Virus record (IMG/VR): IMGVR_UViG_3300022542_000881
Span: 1 to 62,384 of that record
Reading direction: 5' to 3' (one strand)
Source: a virus
Length of the DNA stretch: 62,384 bases
The first letter of the stretch is position 1; every line of letters starts with the position of its first letter. Positions 7,065 through 14,765 of the stretch are shown piece after piece. The position numbers were made by a program, and so were the translations under genes. Under the pieces are notes generated by a model, which had not been told where the DNA came from, searched no databases, and saw only the letters and a list, made by a program, of their open reading frames with translations.

Positions 7065-7424
7065 ATGACTTTTTTAATCCCTATACGTTATAAAATCGAT
7101 TGGATACTTCACATTACTGAAATCGATTACCAACCAATTGAAAAGGCCGATGATGTTTATCCCGGCTGTCCAGAAGGAGTGGAACCCACTGATGGTTTTA
7201 TTCAACTTAATTGCGGTGATAATCCAACTGAAACCCAAGCGAAAATCAACCGTCAATTGAAGGAATCACCAAGGTGGTACAACTTTATAGTTGAAAAATT
7301 CTCAGAGGATATTGAGATCGCTATCCTTGAACAAATACAAGAAATGCGGACAATGAACATAGGAGAGGTTGATGCCGAACCGCCGTGGAGGGATTATAGA
7401 TGGCTAAATTCAAGCGTAAGATGA
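7065..7424 (+). CDS. Hypothetical protein
   Basis: 119 aa ORF with SD AGAGGGTACAGA. Confidence 0.55.
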   Translation: MTFLIPIRYKIDWILHITEIDYQPIEKADDVYPGCPEGVEPTDGFIQLNCGDNPTETQAKINRQLKESPRWYNFIVEKFSEDIEIAILEQIQEMRTMNIGEVDAEPPWRDYRWLNSSVR

Positions 7425-7597
7425 AAACAGTACGTATCAAGTTCGATGATGAAATGTACATCTTCAAGAATGGATACGCTAAAGTGCCTGGGTGTTTATA
7501 TAAAGGCAAACCAATGCTAATCTCTTTGAAATACTTTAAGGAGATGGCTCAAAAACATGAGGAGAGGACACAATGTCAGATACCTACACCGATTTAA
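7400..7597 (+). CDS. Hypothetical basic protein
   Basis: 65 aa. SD GGAGGGA. Confidence 0.5.
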   Translation: MAKFKRKMKTVRIKFDDEMYIFKNGYAKVPGCLYKGKPMLISLKYFKEMAQKHEERTQCQIPTPI

Positions 7598-7869
7598 TAA
7601 AGGCACTTGCAGGTGGTAAAGAAAACCCTGGTATGGATGGTACTTATACAATCTATCCGGATGGATCAATAGCCACATGCGGTCATGAAATAACTGGACC
7701 ATTGCTTCCTAGCATGGTTAAATATAACTGCTTTAATGAGCCGGTAGAAATCCATGGCAACAAGGAGGTCAGGAAGATCAGGAGATGCCTGTGGTACCAT
7801 TATAGACAACATGTTAATGGGATGTTAAAAAATATGTGCTTCCCTAGTTGGAGAAGTTGGGACGATTGA
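7573..7869 (+). CDS. Hypothetical protein
   Basis: 98 aa. GGAGAGGACACA then ATG. Confidence 0.6.
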   Translation: MSDTYTDLIKALAGGKENPGMDGTYTIYPDGSIATCGHEITGPLLPSMVKYNCFNEPVEIHGNKEVRKIRRCLWYHYRQHVNGMLKNMCFPSWRSWDD

Positions 7870-7884
7870 TTAAGGAGGACACGA

Positions 7885-8145
7885 TTGAAGCTTATAGATA
7901 AAAAGGAATGTTATAGCAACCTTCCTAAAGCTAAATACGGATTTGATGCCTATGGCAATAAAGTGGAAGCCCCTGAGAGTTATTTTATTTTAGAAAAAAT
8001 GACTCGACTAAAAGAGGAGGATATTCCATTTGATGTTTATGCCGGTTGGCTTGATAATAAATTCAATAAAAGATACCACATTCAAGCCATAAGTGAAGGG
8101 AGATGGACAACTTGGGCAAGAAAAACAGGAAAAAACAATGGTTAA
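7885..8145 (+). CDS. Hypothetical protein (TTG start)
   Basis: 86 aa. AAGGAGGACACGA then TTG. Confidence 0.6.
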   Translation: MKLIDKKECYSNLPKAKYGFDAYGNKVEAPESYFILEKMTRLKEEDIPFDVYAGWLDNKFNKRYHIQAISEGRWTTWARKTGKNNG

Positions 8146-8245
8146 ATGGTACAAATTCTGGAACCCACAGAGCGGATTAATTGGTGGGATGATATTTGGT
8201 ACGGTCATAGGATTGATCATAATATTAATTGAGTTCTTATATTAG
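8138..8245 (+). CDS. Possible 35-aa single-pass membrane peptide
   Basis: MVKWYKFWNPQSGLIGGMIFGTVIGLIIILIEFLY. It fills the gap between neighbouring genes. Below the ORF-track cutoff. Confidence 0.35.
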   Translation: MVKWYKFWNPQSGLIGGMIFGTVIGLIIILIEFLY

Positions 8246-8253
8246 GAGGAATA

Positions 8254-8478
8254 ATGCCAAAGACATACATAACCTTCGGTCAAGCGCACGTACATAGTGT
8301 TAATGGTAAAACCTTTGATAAAGATTGCGTAGCGGCAATCGAGTGTACAGATGAAAAGGACGGTAGGGATAAGGCAATGGAAATCTTTAATGGAATATTC
8401 CACCAGAGCTACTATGAAGATCAACTAACATCAGAAATCATGGCATATTATCCAAGGGGGATAATCAACGTGGATTAA
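8254..8478 (+). CDS. Hypothetical protein
   Basis: 74 aa. TAGGAGGAATA then ATG. Confidence 0.6.
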   Translation: MPKTYITFGQAHVHSVNGKTFDKDCVAAIECTDEKDGRDKAMEIFNGIFHQSYYEDQLTSEIMAYYPRGIINVD

Positions 8479-8490
8479 GGAGAAATACTA

Positions 8491-8694
8491 ATGTCGAAAG
8501 CCCTAGAAAAGATAAAAGAGTTCAAGAGGAAGTTGCTTAGTAAAATGTTAGCAGAATGCACAGACAAGCAACAAAACTTCTTCATGAGACTTTACCCCAA
8601 GGGTGTACCGGATCACAAGATAAGAGAAGCTATCTTACTGGTAGAAAGAACCCTTGATAAAAACAAGAGGACACGTTATGCCAATAAAGTATGA
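8491..8694 (+). CDS. Hypothetical protein
   Basis: 67 aa. TAAGGAGAAATACTA then ATG. Confidence 0.6.
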   Translation: MSKALEKIKEFKRKLLSKMLAECTDKQQNFFMRLYPKGVPDHKIREAILLVERTLDKNKRTRYANKV

Positions 8695-9175
8695 AATTAC
8701 CTTCGATATACCGAAGGCCATTGCACAAGCCGCTAATCAATGGAAGACAACAACCAATGCGTTGACAATGATAGCACCCCTGCTTAATAAATATGATCCA
8801 ATAGGGTTCCTATGGGCGGGTGGTAATGTTGATGAATATATAACAAGACACAAATGGAAGAGGGCCTACAATTCTTATGTTAATGGGTATGATCTTTCTT
8901 TAGATTTTTATCTTGCCCCTGAGGATTCTCTTAAATCCTTTGAGTTCTTGATTGGGTTATTTGAGAATGATGAGGATTTTGAGTTCAATATGAATAAAGA
9001 TTTTACGGATAAGAGAACATTTAGGTTTAAGCATTTGCCTAGTAAAATCGAAAGTGGTTATGGATGGGACACTTACATTTATATCACAATCAATCTTCAT
9101 TTCAAGAGGTCATATTACTGCAAGACCGTGGGTACAGGAAAATTTATAGAAGAGACGAAGACTGTTTGTTATTGA
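8678..9175 (+). CDS. Hypothetical protein
   Basis: 165 aa from the ATG behind AAGAGGACACGTT. Confidence 0.6.
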   Translation: MPIKYEITFDIPKAIAQAANQWKTTTNALTMIAPLLNKYDPIGFLWAGGNVDEYITRHKWKRAYNSYVNGYDLSLDFYLAPEDSLKSFEFLIGLFENDEDFEFNMNKDFTDKRTFRFKHLPSKIESGYGWDTYIYITINLHFKRSYYCKTVGTGKFIEETKTVCY

Positions 9176-9222
9176 TGCAGTAAATATTAACCGAAGGCTT
9201 CGGCCCCCAGATAGGAGAACAT

Positions 9223-9351
9223 ATGATTATAACAGGACATGACGATATGACAGGTGAGCATTTTACTCTTAAAACCGAGCATAAGTTCGGGATTAAAGGT
9301 ATTTGTAAAGCTCTACAGGATAAGGATATGGAATATCCTAAAATTAAATAG
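9223..9351 (+). CDS. Hypothetical small protein
   Basis: 42 aa. ATAGGAGAACAT then ATG. Below the ORF-track cutoff. Confidence 0.35.
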   Translation: MIITGHDDMTGEHFTLKTEHKFGIKGICKALQDKDMEYPKIK

Positions 9352-9482
9352 AAACCGGTATATTACACTATGACTTCTAAAAATGATACAACTATGGCGT
9401 ATGTCATTAAAGATACGGGTTGTGGTATGAGTAATAATGTTTATATTACAGGAATAGCCTACGATGCTTAAGGAGGAATACA

Positions 9483-9674
9483 TTGGTACAGAATAAAAAT
9501 GAAATAGTATGTGAATGTGGTGAAGTTACATATATAACCGATGATGAAGTACTTTCGTTTGCGATAACCGAATGCCCAGATTGTGGGGCAGATATTGAAC
9601 ATGATGATTCTCTTTATGATGCCATCATGGAGCGAAGGGAACTTAGTAAAACCATATACCAAGAGGGTTTATAA
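9483..9674 (+). CDS. Zinc-ribbon protein (TTG start)
   Basis: 63 aa. AAGGAGGAATACA then TTG. CECG...CPDCG. Confidence 0.6.
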   Translation: MVQNKNEIVCECGEVTYITDDEVLSFAITECPDCGADIEHDDSLYDAIMERRELSKTIYQEGL

Positions 9675-9883
9675 TGCCGGTAGTATCACCTGCCTATGGG
9701 CGAGATTACAAAAGTGCTAATGATGCTAAGGAAGATTGGGATAACGGTAAAGATTTTGTATCCCAAGGCGTCATGGAAAGGGGTAGATATTGTTCAACTA
9801 GGGACTTTCCAGTTGGTACAATAGTTGAAATCCGTTACAAAAAAATGACTCAACTGGTCGTCGTGCGTAATAAAAAGAGTTAG
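9674..9883 (+). CDS. Hypothetical protein
   Basis: 69 aa. TAATG overlap with the previous gene. Confidence 0.6.
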   Translation: MPVVSPAYGRDYKSANDAKEDWDNGKDFVSQGVMERGRYCSTRDFPVGTIVEIRYKKMTQLVVVRNKKS

Positions 9884-9903
9884 AGTTATTTGTAATTCGA
9901 GAC

Positions 9904-9932
9904 TTGACAGCCGATGCTCCATGTGTTTTAAT
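9904..9932 (+). promoter_or_regulatory. Sigma70-type promoter P2
   Basis: TTGACA (9904-9909), 17-nt spacer ending TGTGT, TTTAAT (9927-9932), then GTAAGGA. The inverted repeat CAGCCGA/TCGGCTG brackets the core promoter. Confidence 0.6.
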
Positions 9933-9982
9933 GTAAGGACGTCGGCTGTTGTAGTATCACAACATTCACATCAGGAGGGCAC

Positions 9983-10210
9983 ATGTTAAATTACCTTATC
10001 TATGCCGTAGTTTTTTTATTATTAGCAGTTGCAACATTCCGAGAACAGGTGTTTATGTTCATATGGAATATACTCAGTTTTAAAAATGCTGGTATATATA
10101 CAAGTAGTTCAAATTTGTCCTGCGTTCGTTGGATAAGTTTTCCTTTTAAATTCCGTCTTTCTATGGAAGAAACCTTACTTAGAACAACATTTGCAATCAA
10201 ACGATGGTAG
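9983..10210 (+). CDS. Small membrane protein (candidate)
   Basis: 75 aa. CAGGAGGGCAC then ATG. N-terminal hydrophobic helix. Confidence 0.45.
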   Translation: MLNYLIYAVVFLLLAVATFREQVFMFIWNILSFKNAGIYTSSSNLSCVRWISFPFKFRLSMEETLLRTTFAIKRW

Positions 10211-10219
10211 ACCTCGGCT

Positions 10220-10337
10220 TGTCGCTCTGGCCTGAGGCTCGATGCCGGGAGCAGGTCGCCGCGGCATCGCCGTGGCTCTCCGTCGTGCGCTCGTACGGCG
10301 GCGGCTATATCGGCCCGATAAGCGGGCCGGAGCGACA
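10220..10337 (+). ncRNA. GC-rich structured element (candidate cis-regulatory RNA or small RNA) upstream of the ThyA-like gene
   Basis: A 13-bp closing stem pairs 10220-10232 with 10325-10337 (one G-U). An internal 8-bp hairpin pairs 10240-10247 with 10262-10269. The GC content is far above the surrounding DNA. Confidence 0.35.
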
Positions 10338-10378
10338 GGGAGCGCATCTCTAAATATTAACCAATTAAAGGAGTATAA

Positions 10379-11044
10379 ATGAAATTAATTAATATTATAT
10401 CAAACAATCTTTCTGATAGTTGGTTTCAACTTTTATATTCTATCCTTGATAATGGTAGAGAATTTACTATTGATAAAGGAAGTTATGCAGGTCAGAAAAG
10501 ACTTGAGTTTGACTATGTCACTATTGAAATAGATCAACCATTTCTTAGGGATTCTCAAGGTTGGCCGCTTATACCCATTATGCCTGATGGGTGTAATATT
10601 CCTGCGCCCACTACAATTGAGTGTATATCTGATTATGCCAATTATATCTTGACTCCTTATAAAGAACCAGGTGAGCAATATACTTACGGCGAAAGGATTT
10701 TCTCCCAAGTTCCTAAGATTATAGATACTTATAAAAGATTCGGTCACCGTAACAATCAGATGGTATTACAAATAGCTCAAATAGATGATTTAGGATTGTC
10801 TGATCCCCCCTGTTTACGACACATAGATACACGGATACAAGATGGTAAACTTCATTTTTTTATTTATTTCCGTAGTTGGGATCTATGGGGCGGTTATCCT
10901 TCAAACTTGGCCGGTTTATCAATGCTCCAGGAACATATGGCCAGTGAGATAGGGGTTGAACCAGGGGAATTCATCTGTAGTTCTAAAGGTCTTCATCTCT
11001 ATGATTATGTCGTAGATTTCGCAAAAATTCGTTGCATGAAATAG
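10379..11044 (+). CDS. Thymidylate synthase-fold enzyme (ThyA or dUMP hydroxymethylase family)
   Basis: 221 aa. DPPCLRH matches the catalytic-Cys motif (LAPCH in E. coli ThyA). YFRSWDLWGGYPSNLAGLSML aligns to [21 protein letters not shown] with Arg, Ser, Asp and Asn conserved. YGERIF aligns to YGKQWR. Confidence 0.7.
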   Translation: MKLINIISNNLSDSWFQLLYSILDNGREFTIDKGSYAGQKRLEFDYVTIEIDQPFLRDSQGWPLIPIMPDGCNIPAPTTIECISDYANYILTPYKEPGEQYTYGERIFSQVPKIIDTYKRFGHRNNQMVLQIAQIDDLGLSDPPCLRHIDTRIQDGKLHFFIYFRSWDLWGGYPSNLAGLSMLQEHMASEIGVEPGEFICSSKGLHLYDYVVDFAKIRCMK

Positions 11045-11052
11045 GAGAAACA

Positions 11053-12660
11053 ATGGCACCAACAGCAGATATCCCAACAGAAATAATAAAAAAGTTTGCG
11101 GCCTTATACCAAAGTAATAGAATATCATATGGAAATTGGACTCCGAAGAATGGAAAGATGTTCACCACTAAGGAGGAATATACAGATAAGAACATAAAAA
11201 ATCATCTTTCAGGTATAATGGGCCTTGGATTGGTGGCCATAAACGATGATAATAAATGTTGGTGGGGGGCCATTGACATAGATAATCATTCAGGGGAAGA
11301 AATAAACATAAATAAGATAGCAAAAGCTATACATGACAAAGGTTTACCATTAATTGTATGTAAATCAAAATCAGGTGGCGCACATTGTTATCTATTTGGA
11401 TCCGAGCCTCTACCTGCTCATTTTGTAAGATCGATATTAAATAAATGGGCAACTGATCTGGGATTCCAGGGATCTGAGGTTTTTCCAAAACAATCAAGGT
11501 TGGTAAAAAAGCAATTAGGAAACTGGATAAATTTACCCTACTTTAAGAGCGAACAAAGATTGGCACATGAATTTGATAAAGGAGATATCAAGACACTTTC
11601 CTTAACTGAATTTATGGATAAGGCCATGATAAGTCGGGTCGATCAATCGCTCTTAGAAGATTTTATGTTAGTTGAACACAGGGAAGCCCCACCCTGTATA
11701 CAACAAATGATGAAAAACGGGGTAGATTCCGGGCATAGGAACGAAGGCTTGTATAACTTATCAGTTTACCTTAGAAAATCCCACCCTGATGATTACAAAG
11801 AACGTGCATTCGACATCAATCAAACAATTTTCGAAAAACCCCTCTCCTTTGCAGAAGCCAAAAAGACAATAAACTCAGTTAGCGGCAATAGAGATTACCG
11901 ATATAAGTGCCTAGAGGAACCTTGTAGATCATTCTGTGATTCTGAGGTATGTTTAAAACGAGAATACGGGATAACCAGTGATGAAGTCGGCTTTCTATCG
12001 AGAGCGGACATGCCTGAGATTACTGGTTTAAAGATATATGATATGGAACCCCCTATCTGGGAAATGAAACTCAATGGCACTACAGTAGCAATAACTACCT
12101 CACAGTTTTATAACTTTCAGGAATTTGCCAAGGTGGTAATGGAGAAGTTGTTAATAGTTGTCCCGCCGATGAAAAATAAGGATTGGATTAACGTTCTTGC
12201 AGGGTTGATGTCAGTAGCCGAAAGGGTGGAAACACCTGAGGACGCCAGTACACCAGGTATCATAAAGGAGAAGCTCAGGGAATTTATCTACAAGGCTGAT
12301 CTAAAGAGCAATGGCAGGGATGTGAATGATCGTGCAATGATCCGAAGAGGGATGCCAGTTGTACAGGAGGTAGGAGTTGGTGGTATTGCAGGTAGACACG
12401 TAGTATTCCGTGGTGGGGATTTCGTTGCCTTTCTAAAACGTACCAGATCTGAGGAATTAAAAGGTTCCATGTTATGGAATGCCTTGCGTACATTCGGGGT
12501 AACGCATACACGTCTAAGGGTAGAAGGAAGAGTGGCGGCGGTATGGGTAGTTCCAGTAGATGAACATGGTAGAACAAAACTTGATCCTGATTATAATGAC
12601 GAGAAACCTCCGGAAAAGCAGAAGGAGGAAAAAGGATTTCAATTTAAATCAGAGTTCTAA
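11053..12660 (+). CDS. Archaeo-eukaryotic-type primase-polymerase (PrimPol) with PriCT-like domain
   Basis: 535 aa. AIDIDNH (DxD), SKSGGAHCYLF (sGxxH), then PPCIQQMMKNGVDSGHRNEGLYNLSVYLRK, which resembles primase C-terminal (PriCT) domains. Confidence 0.7.
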   Translation: MAPTADIPTEIIKKFAALYQSNRISYGNWTPKNGKMFTTKEEYTDKNIKNHLSGIMGLGLVAINDDNKCWWGAIDIDNHSGEEININKIAKAIHDKGLPLIVCKSKSGGAHCYLFGSEPLPAHFVRSILNKWATDLGFQGSEVFPKQSRLVKKQLGNWINLPYFKSEQRLAHEFDKGDIKTLSLTEFMDKAMISRVDQSLLEDFMLVEHREAPPCIQQMMKNGVDSGHRNEGLYNLSVYLRKSHPDDYKERAFDINQTIFEKPLSFAEAKKTINSVSGNRDYRYKCLEEPCRSFCDSEVCLKREYGITSDEVGFLSRADMPEITGLKIYDMEPPIWEMKLNGTTVAITTSQFYNFQEFAKVVMEKLLIVVPPMKNKDWINVLAGLMSVAERVETPEDASTPGIIKEKLREFIYKADLKSNGRDVNDRAMIRRGMPVVQEVGVGGIAGRHVVFRGGDFVAFLKRTRSEELKGSMLWNALRTFGVTHTRLRVEGRVAAVWVVPVDEHGRTKLDPDYNDEKPPEKQKEEKGFQFKSEF

Positions 12661-12661
12661 T

Positions 12662-12973
12662 ATGGAATTAACACCAGAACAACAAAAACATCTAGATTCT
12701 ATTAGATGGTTAATAAATGGTCCAAGAGCAAGCGGAAAAACAACTGTTCTCGCAATAGCTCTACTGGAGAAGGCTGAAATTGAGTCAGATATGAAGGTCT
12801 CCATTTTTGATCATGATGGTACTATTCTTGGTAAAAAATATATGATAAGGGCAATAGCAGAGATAGCCCATCAAGTAGGATTAGGGGATAGGCTTGAAAT
12901 AATACAAAAAGATTTTGCTATACGTATTCGTAGTAAAAAAGAATCTGATAAAAAGGAAAGAAAAATGTTATGA
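12662..12973 (+). CDS. Small P-loop NTPase-like protein
   Basis: 103 aa. Walker A GPRASGKT and a Walker-B-like SIFDHD. Confidence 0.5.
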   Translation: MELTPEQQKHLDSIRWLINGPRASGKTTVLAIALLEKAEIESDMKVSIFDHDGTILGKKYMIRAIAEIAHQVGLGDRLEIIQKDFAIRIRSKKESDKKERKML

Positions 12974-13275
12974 TAGCAAATATTAATGGAAGTGGAGGAA
13001 CTATTACAATATATTGGGTAGATGATTGTTATGATGGAACTGCCGGATCTTCTTATATAGATGATGATATTATAAGTGATCTATCCAAGTGGAAACATGA
13101 ATTTTGGAATTATTTAAAAGATCTATTTAAACATATATACCCTCCAATTAAAAAGATCTATGTACCACCAATGATAAGAGCAATGTATTATAGAAGAATT
13201 CTTTTCAATAAAAGCGGTTATTTACCGTGGCGTATTCGTAGTAAGAAAAAATCTTCACTACCAACAGATACTTGA
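12970..13275 (+). CDS. Hypothetical protein
   Basis: 101 aa. Its TGA stop lies inside the -35 box of promoter P3. Confidence 0.55.
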   Translation: MIANINGSGGTITIYWVDDCYDGTAGSSYIDDDIISDLSKWKHEFWNYLKDLFKHIYPPIKKIYVPPMIRAMYYRRILFNKSGYLPWRIRSKKKSSLPTDT

Positions 13276-13300
13276 CAGGGAGCGTCGGCTGTGGTATACT
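13272..13300 (+). promoter_or_regulatory. Sigma70-type promoter P3
   Basis: TTGACA (13272-13277), 17-nt spacer, TATACT (13295-13300), then GCGGGTA. The upstream context GATACTTGACAGG is shared with P1. Confidence 0.6.
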
Positions 13301-13349
13301 GCGGGTAGGCCATGACGCTACATAACGAAATTAAAAAAGGATTAAGAAC

Positions 13350-13517
13350 ATGAAAGAATTACAAGAAAAAATAGAAGATATGATGCTAAAAGGAATTACC
13401 GAAGAAAAAGATGTAACAAAAAGGATGTTATTGGTCAGCGAGTACCGTGAATTTATCCAGGCTTGTCTAATGAAAGTTTCCATTATCAAAGAAGAATCTT
13501 CATCAACAGATACTTGA
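13350..13517 (+). CDS. Hypothetical small protein
   Basis: 55 aa (MKELQEKIEDMMLKG...SSSTDT). Its 3' end CAACAGATACTTGA repeats the 3' end of the previous gene. Confidence 0.45.
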   Translation: MKELQEKIEDMMLKGITEEKDVTKRMLLVSEYREFIQACLMKVSIIKEESSSTDT

Positions 13518-13526
13518 AACGAAATT

Positions 13527-13630
13527 CCCGCCCCTTGTTAGCTTTACCGGGCACATAAGTCTGGGTGTATTGGACGGTAATCCGGCCTGACCGGAGAGTG
13601 GGTTAATCGGGCAGGGGGTGGGATTTTTTA
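13527..13630 (+). other. Structured GC-rich leader ending in a U-run (attenuator or terminator-like)
   Basis: CCCGCCCC (13527-13534) pairs with GGGGTGGG (13615-13622). It encloses a TCCGG/CCGGA hairpin, is followed by ATTTTTTA, and then by the SD of 13643. Confidence 0.3.
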
Positions 13631-13642
13631 AAGGAGGACACG

Positions 13643-13957
13643 ATGGTACTTTGGAAATGTATGGATTGTGAAGACGTTGAAGAATGGAACAAGGGAGAGG
13701 AACCTGCTCATTGTGAATGTGGTGGGGAAATGTATTTAAATGATCCTGTGATCGATAAGATTAATAATATGTCCCATATCGAGATGTGTAGATTGTGGAG
13801 ATTTGCTCCATCTGGTCATCCTTATTTTGATTCCACCCAACCTTATTATAAAATATTTAGGGCAAGATTATATGATCATTTCGGTGGTTTTACCCCAGAG
13901 ATAAGTAAAGAAATAGGATTTAAATTGTTTAAATTTGGTAAGAATAATGGCAATTGA
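13643..13957 (+). CDS. Zinc-ribbon protein
   Basis: 104 aa. AAGGAGGACACG then ATG. CMDC...CECGG. Confidence 0.65.
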   Translation: MVLWKCMDCEDVEEWNKGEEPAHCECGGEMYLNDPVIDKINNMSHIEMCRLWRFAPSGHPYFDSTQPYYKIFRARLYDHFGGFTPEISKEIGFKLFKFGKNNGN

Positions 13958-14138
13958 AACTCTTAATATACCGGAGGAACACCTAGAACAAGTTATAGAG
14001 GTCATCCGCATAGGTCTAAAAACAGTAAAGGTGGACACGGCATGTGGATATGCTTTATTAAAATGGTGTAATGAGGAAGAGTTATACCTAGAAAAAGGAA
14101 AAAATAATGATAATAGAAATAACGCCAGAAATCCTTGA
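13947..14138 (+). CDS. Hypothetical protein
   Basis: 63 aa from the ATG at 13947. The track start at 13935 is a TTG. Confidence 0.5.
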   Translation: MAIETLNIPEEHLEQVIEVIRIGLKTVKVDTACGYALLKWCNEEELYLEKGKNNDNRNNARNP

Positions 14139-14424
14139 AGAAGTTATAAAGGATAGTATGGCAGATCTTGGGGCAATAGCCAAGAAATTGAATAATCTTA
14201 TATATGGTGATTCCCCCGGCTTAATATCAATAAAGGATATAGAAGGTAAGGGTATATTAACAAATTTCAGGATAGATAAGGATGCTACCCAAGATGAAAA
14301 AATGTTAATGTCGGCATTGTCCGCAATATTAGGCAATGATTATGGGTTTAATGCCATACTCGGTCTAGCAGAGACAATGATCAAAAATTCACAGGGGGAA
14401 AAGCCACAATGTTCAACCCATTAA
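14107..14424 (+). CDS. Hypothetical protein
   Basis: 105 aa ORF in a tight array. Confidence 0.55.
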   Translation: MIIEITPEILEEVIKDSMADLGAIAKKLNNLIYGDSPGLISIKDIEGKGILTNFRIDKDATQDEKMLMSALSAILGNDYGFNAILGLAETMIKNSQGEKPQCSTH

Positions 14425-14765
14425 TACAGGATATACCAGAATCGATAGCGTGTAGACAATGTTTATTTTGTAAACATTGTAAAATAGAAGAAGGTGCCTC
14501 GATAACTTCTGGAAAATGTGAGACAGGGAATGTGAATATAAACAGCGATTCCCCTCATGATTGTTGGGAATTTGAACGTAACATGGCTCCCGACAGACCA
14601 TTCTATTTAATGGATAGAGGAAAGGATATATGTATAGTATGTAAGAATGAATGTAAGCCCGGATTACCTACTTGTAGTAAAGTGAGGATAAATGGTAAAT
14701 TATATGACCCGATCTGTACAAAATGTATAGTAATCATCGAACGTGTTATGAGGTTGGGTAAATGA
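14409..14765 (+). CDS. Cysteine-rich (multi-zinc-finger-like) protein
   Basis: 118 aa with about 15 Cys arranged in CxxC pairs. Confidence 0.55.
   Translation: MFNPLIQDIPESIACRQCLFCKHCKIEEGASITSGKCETGNVNINSDSPHDCWEFERNMAPDRPFYLMDRGKDICIVCKNECKPGLPTCSKVRINGKLYDPICTKCIVIIERVMRLGK

Noticed and set aside
10000-10347. 115-aa minus-strand ORF across the GC-rich element
   Set aside because: It runs antisense to an SD-supported plus-strand ORF. Its Arg/Ala/Pro-rich part coincides exactly with the GC-rich hairpin region, so it is a composition artefact.
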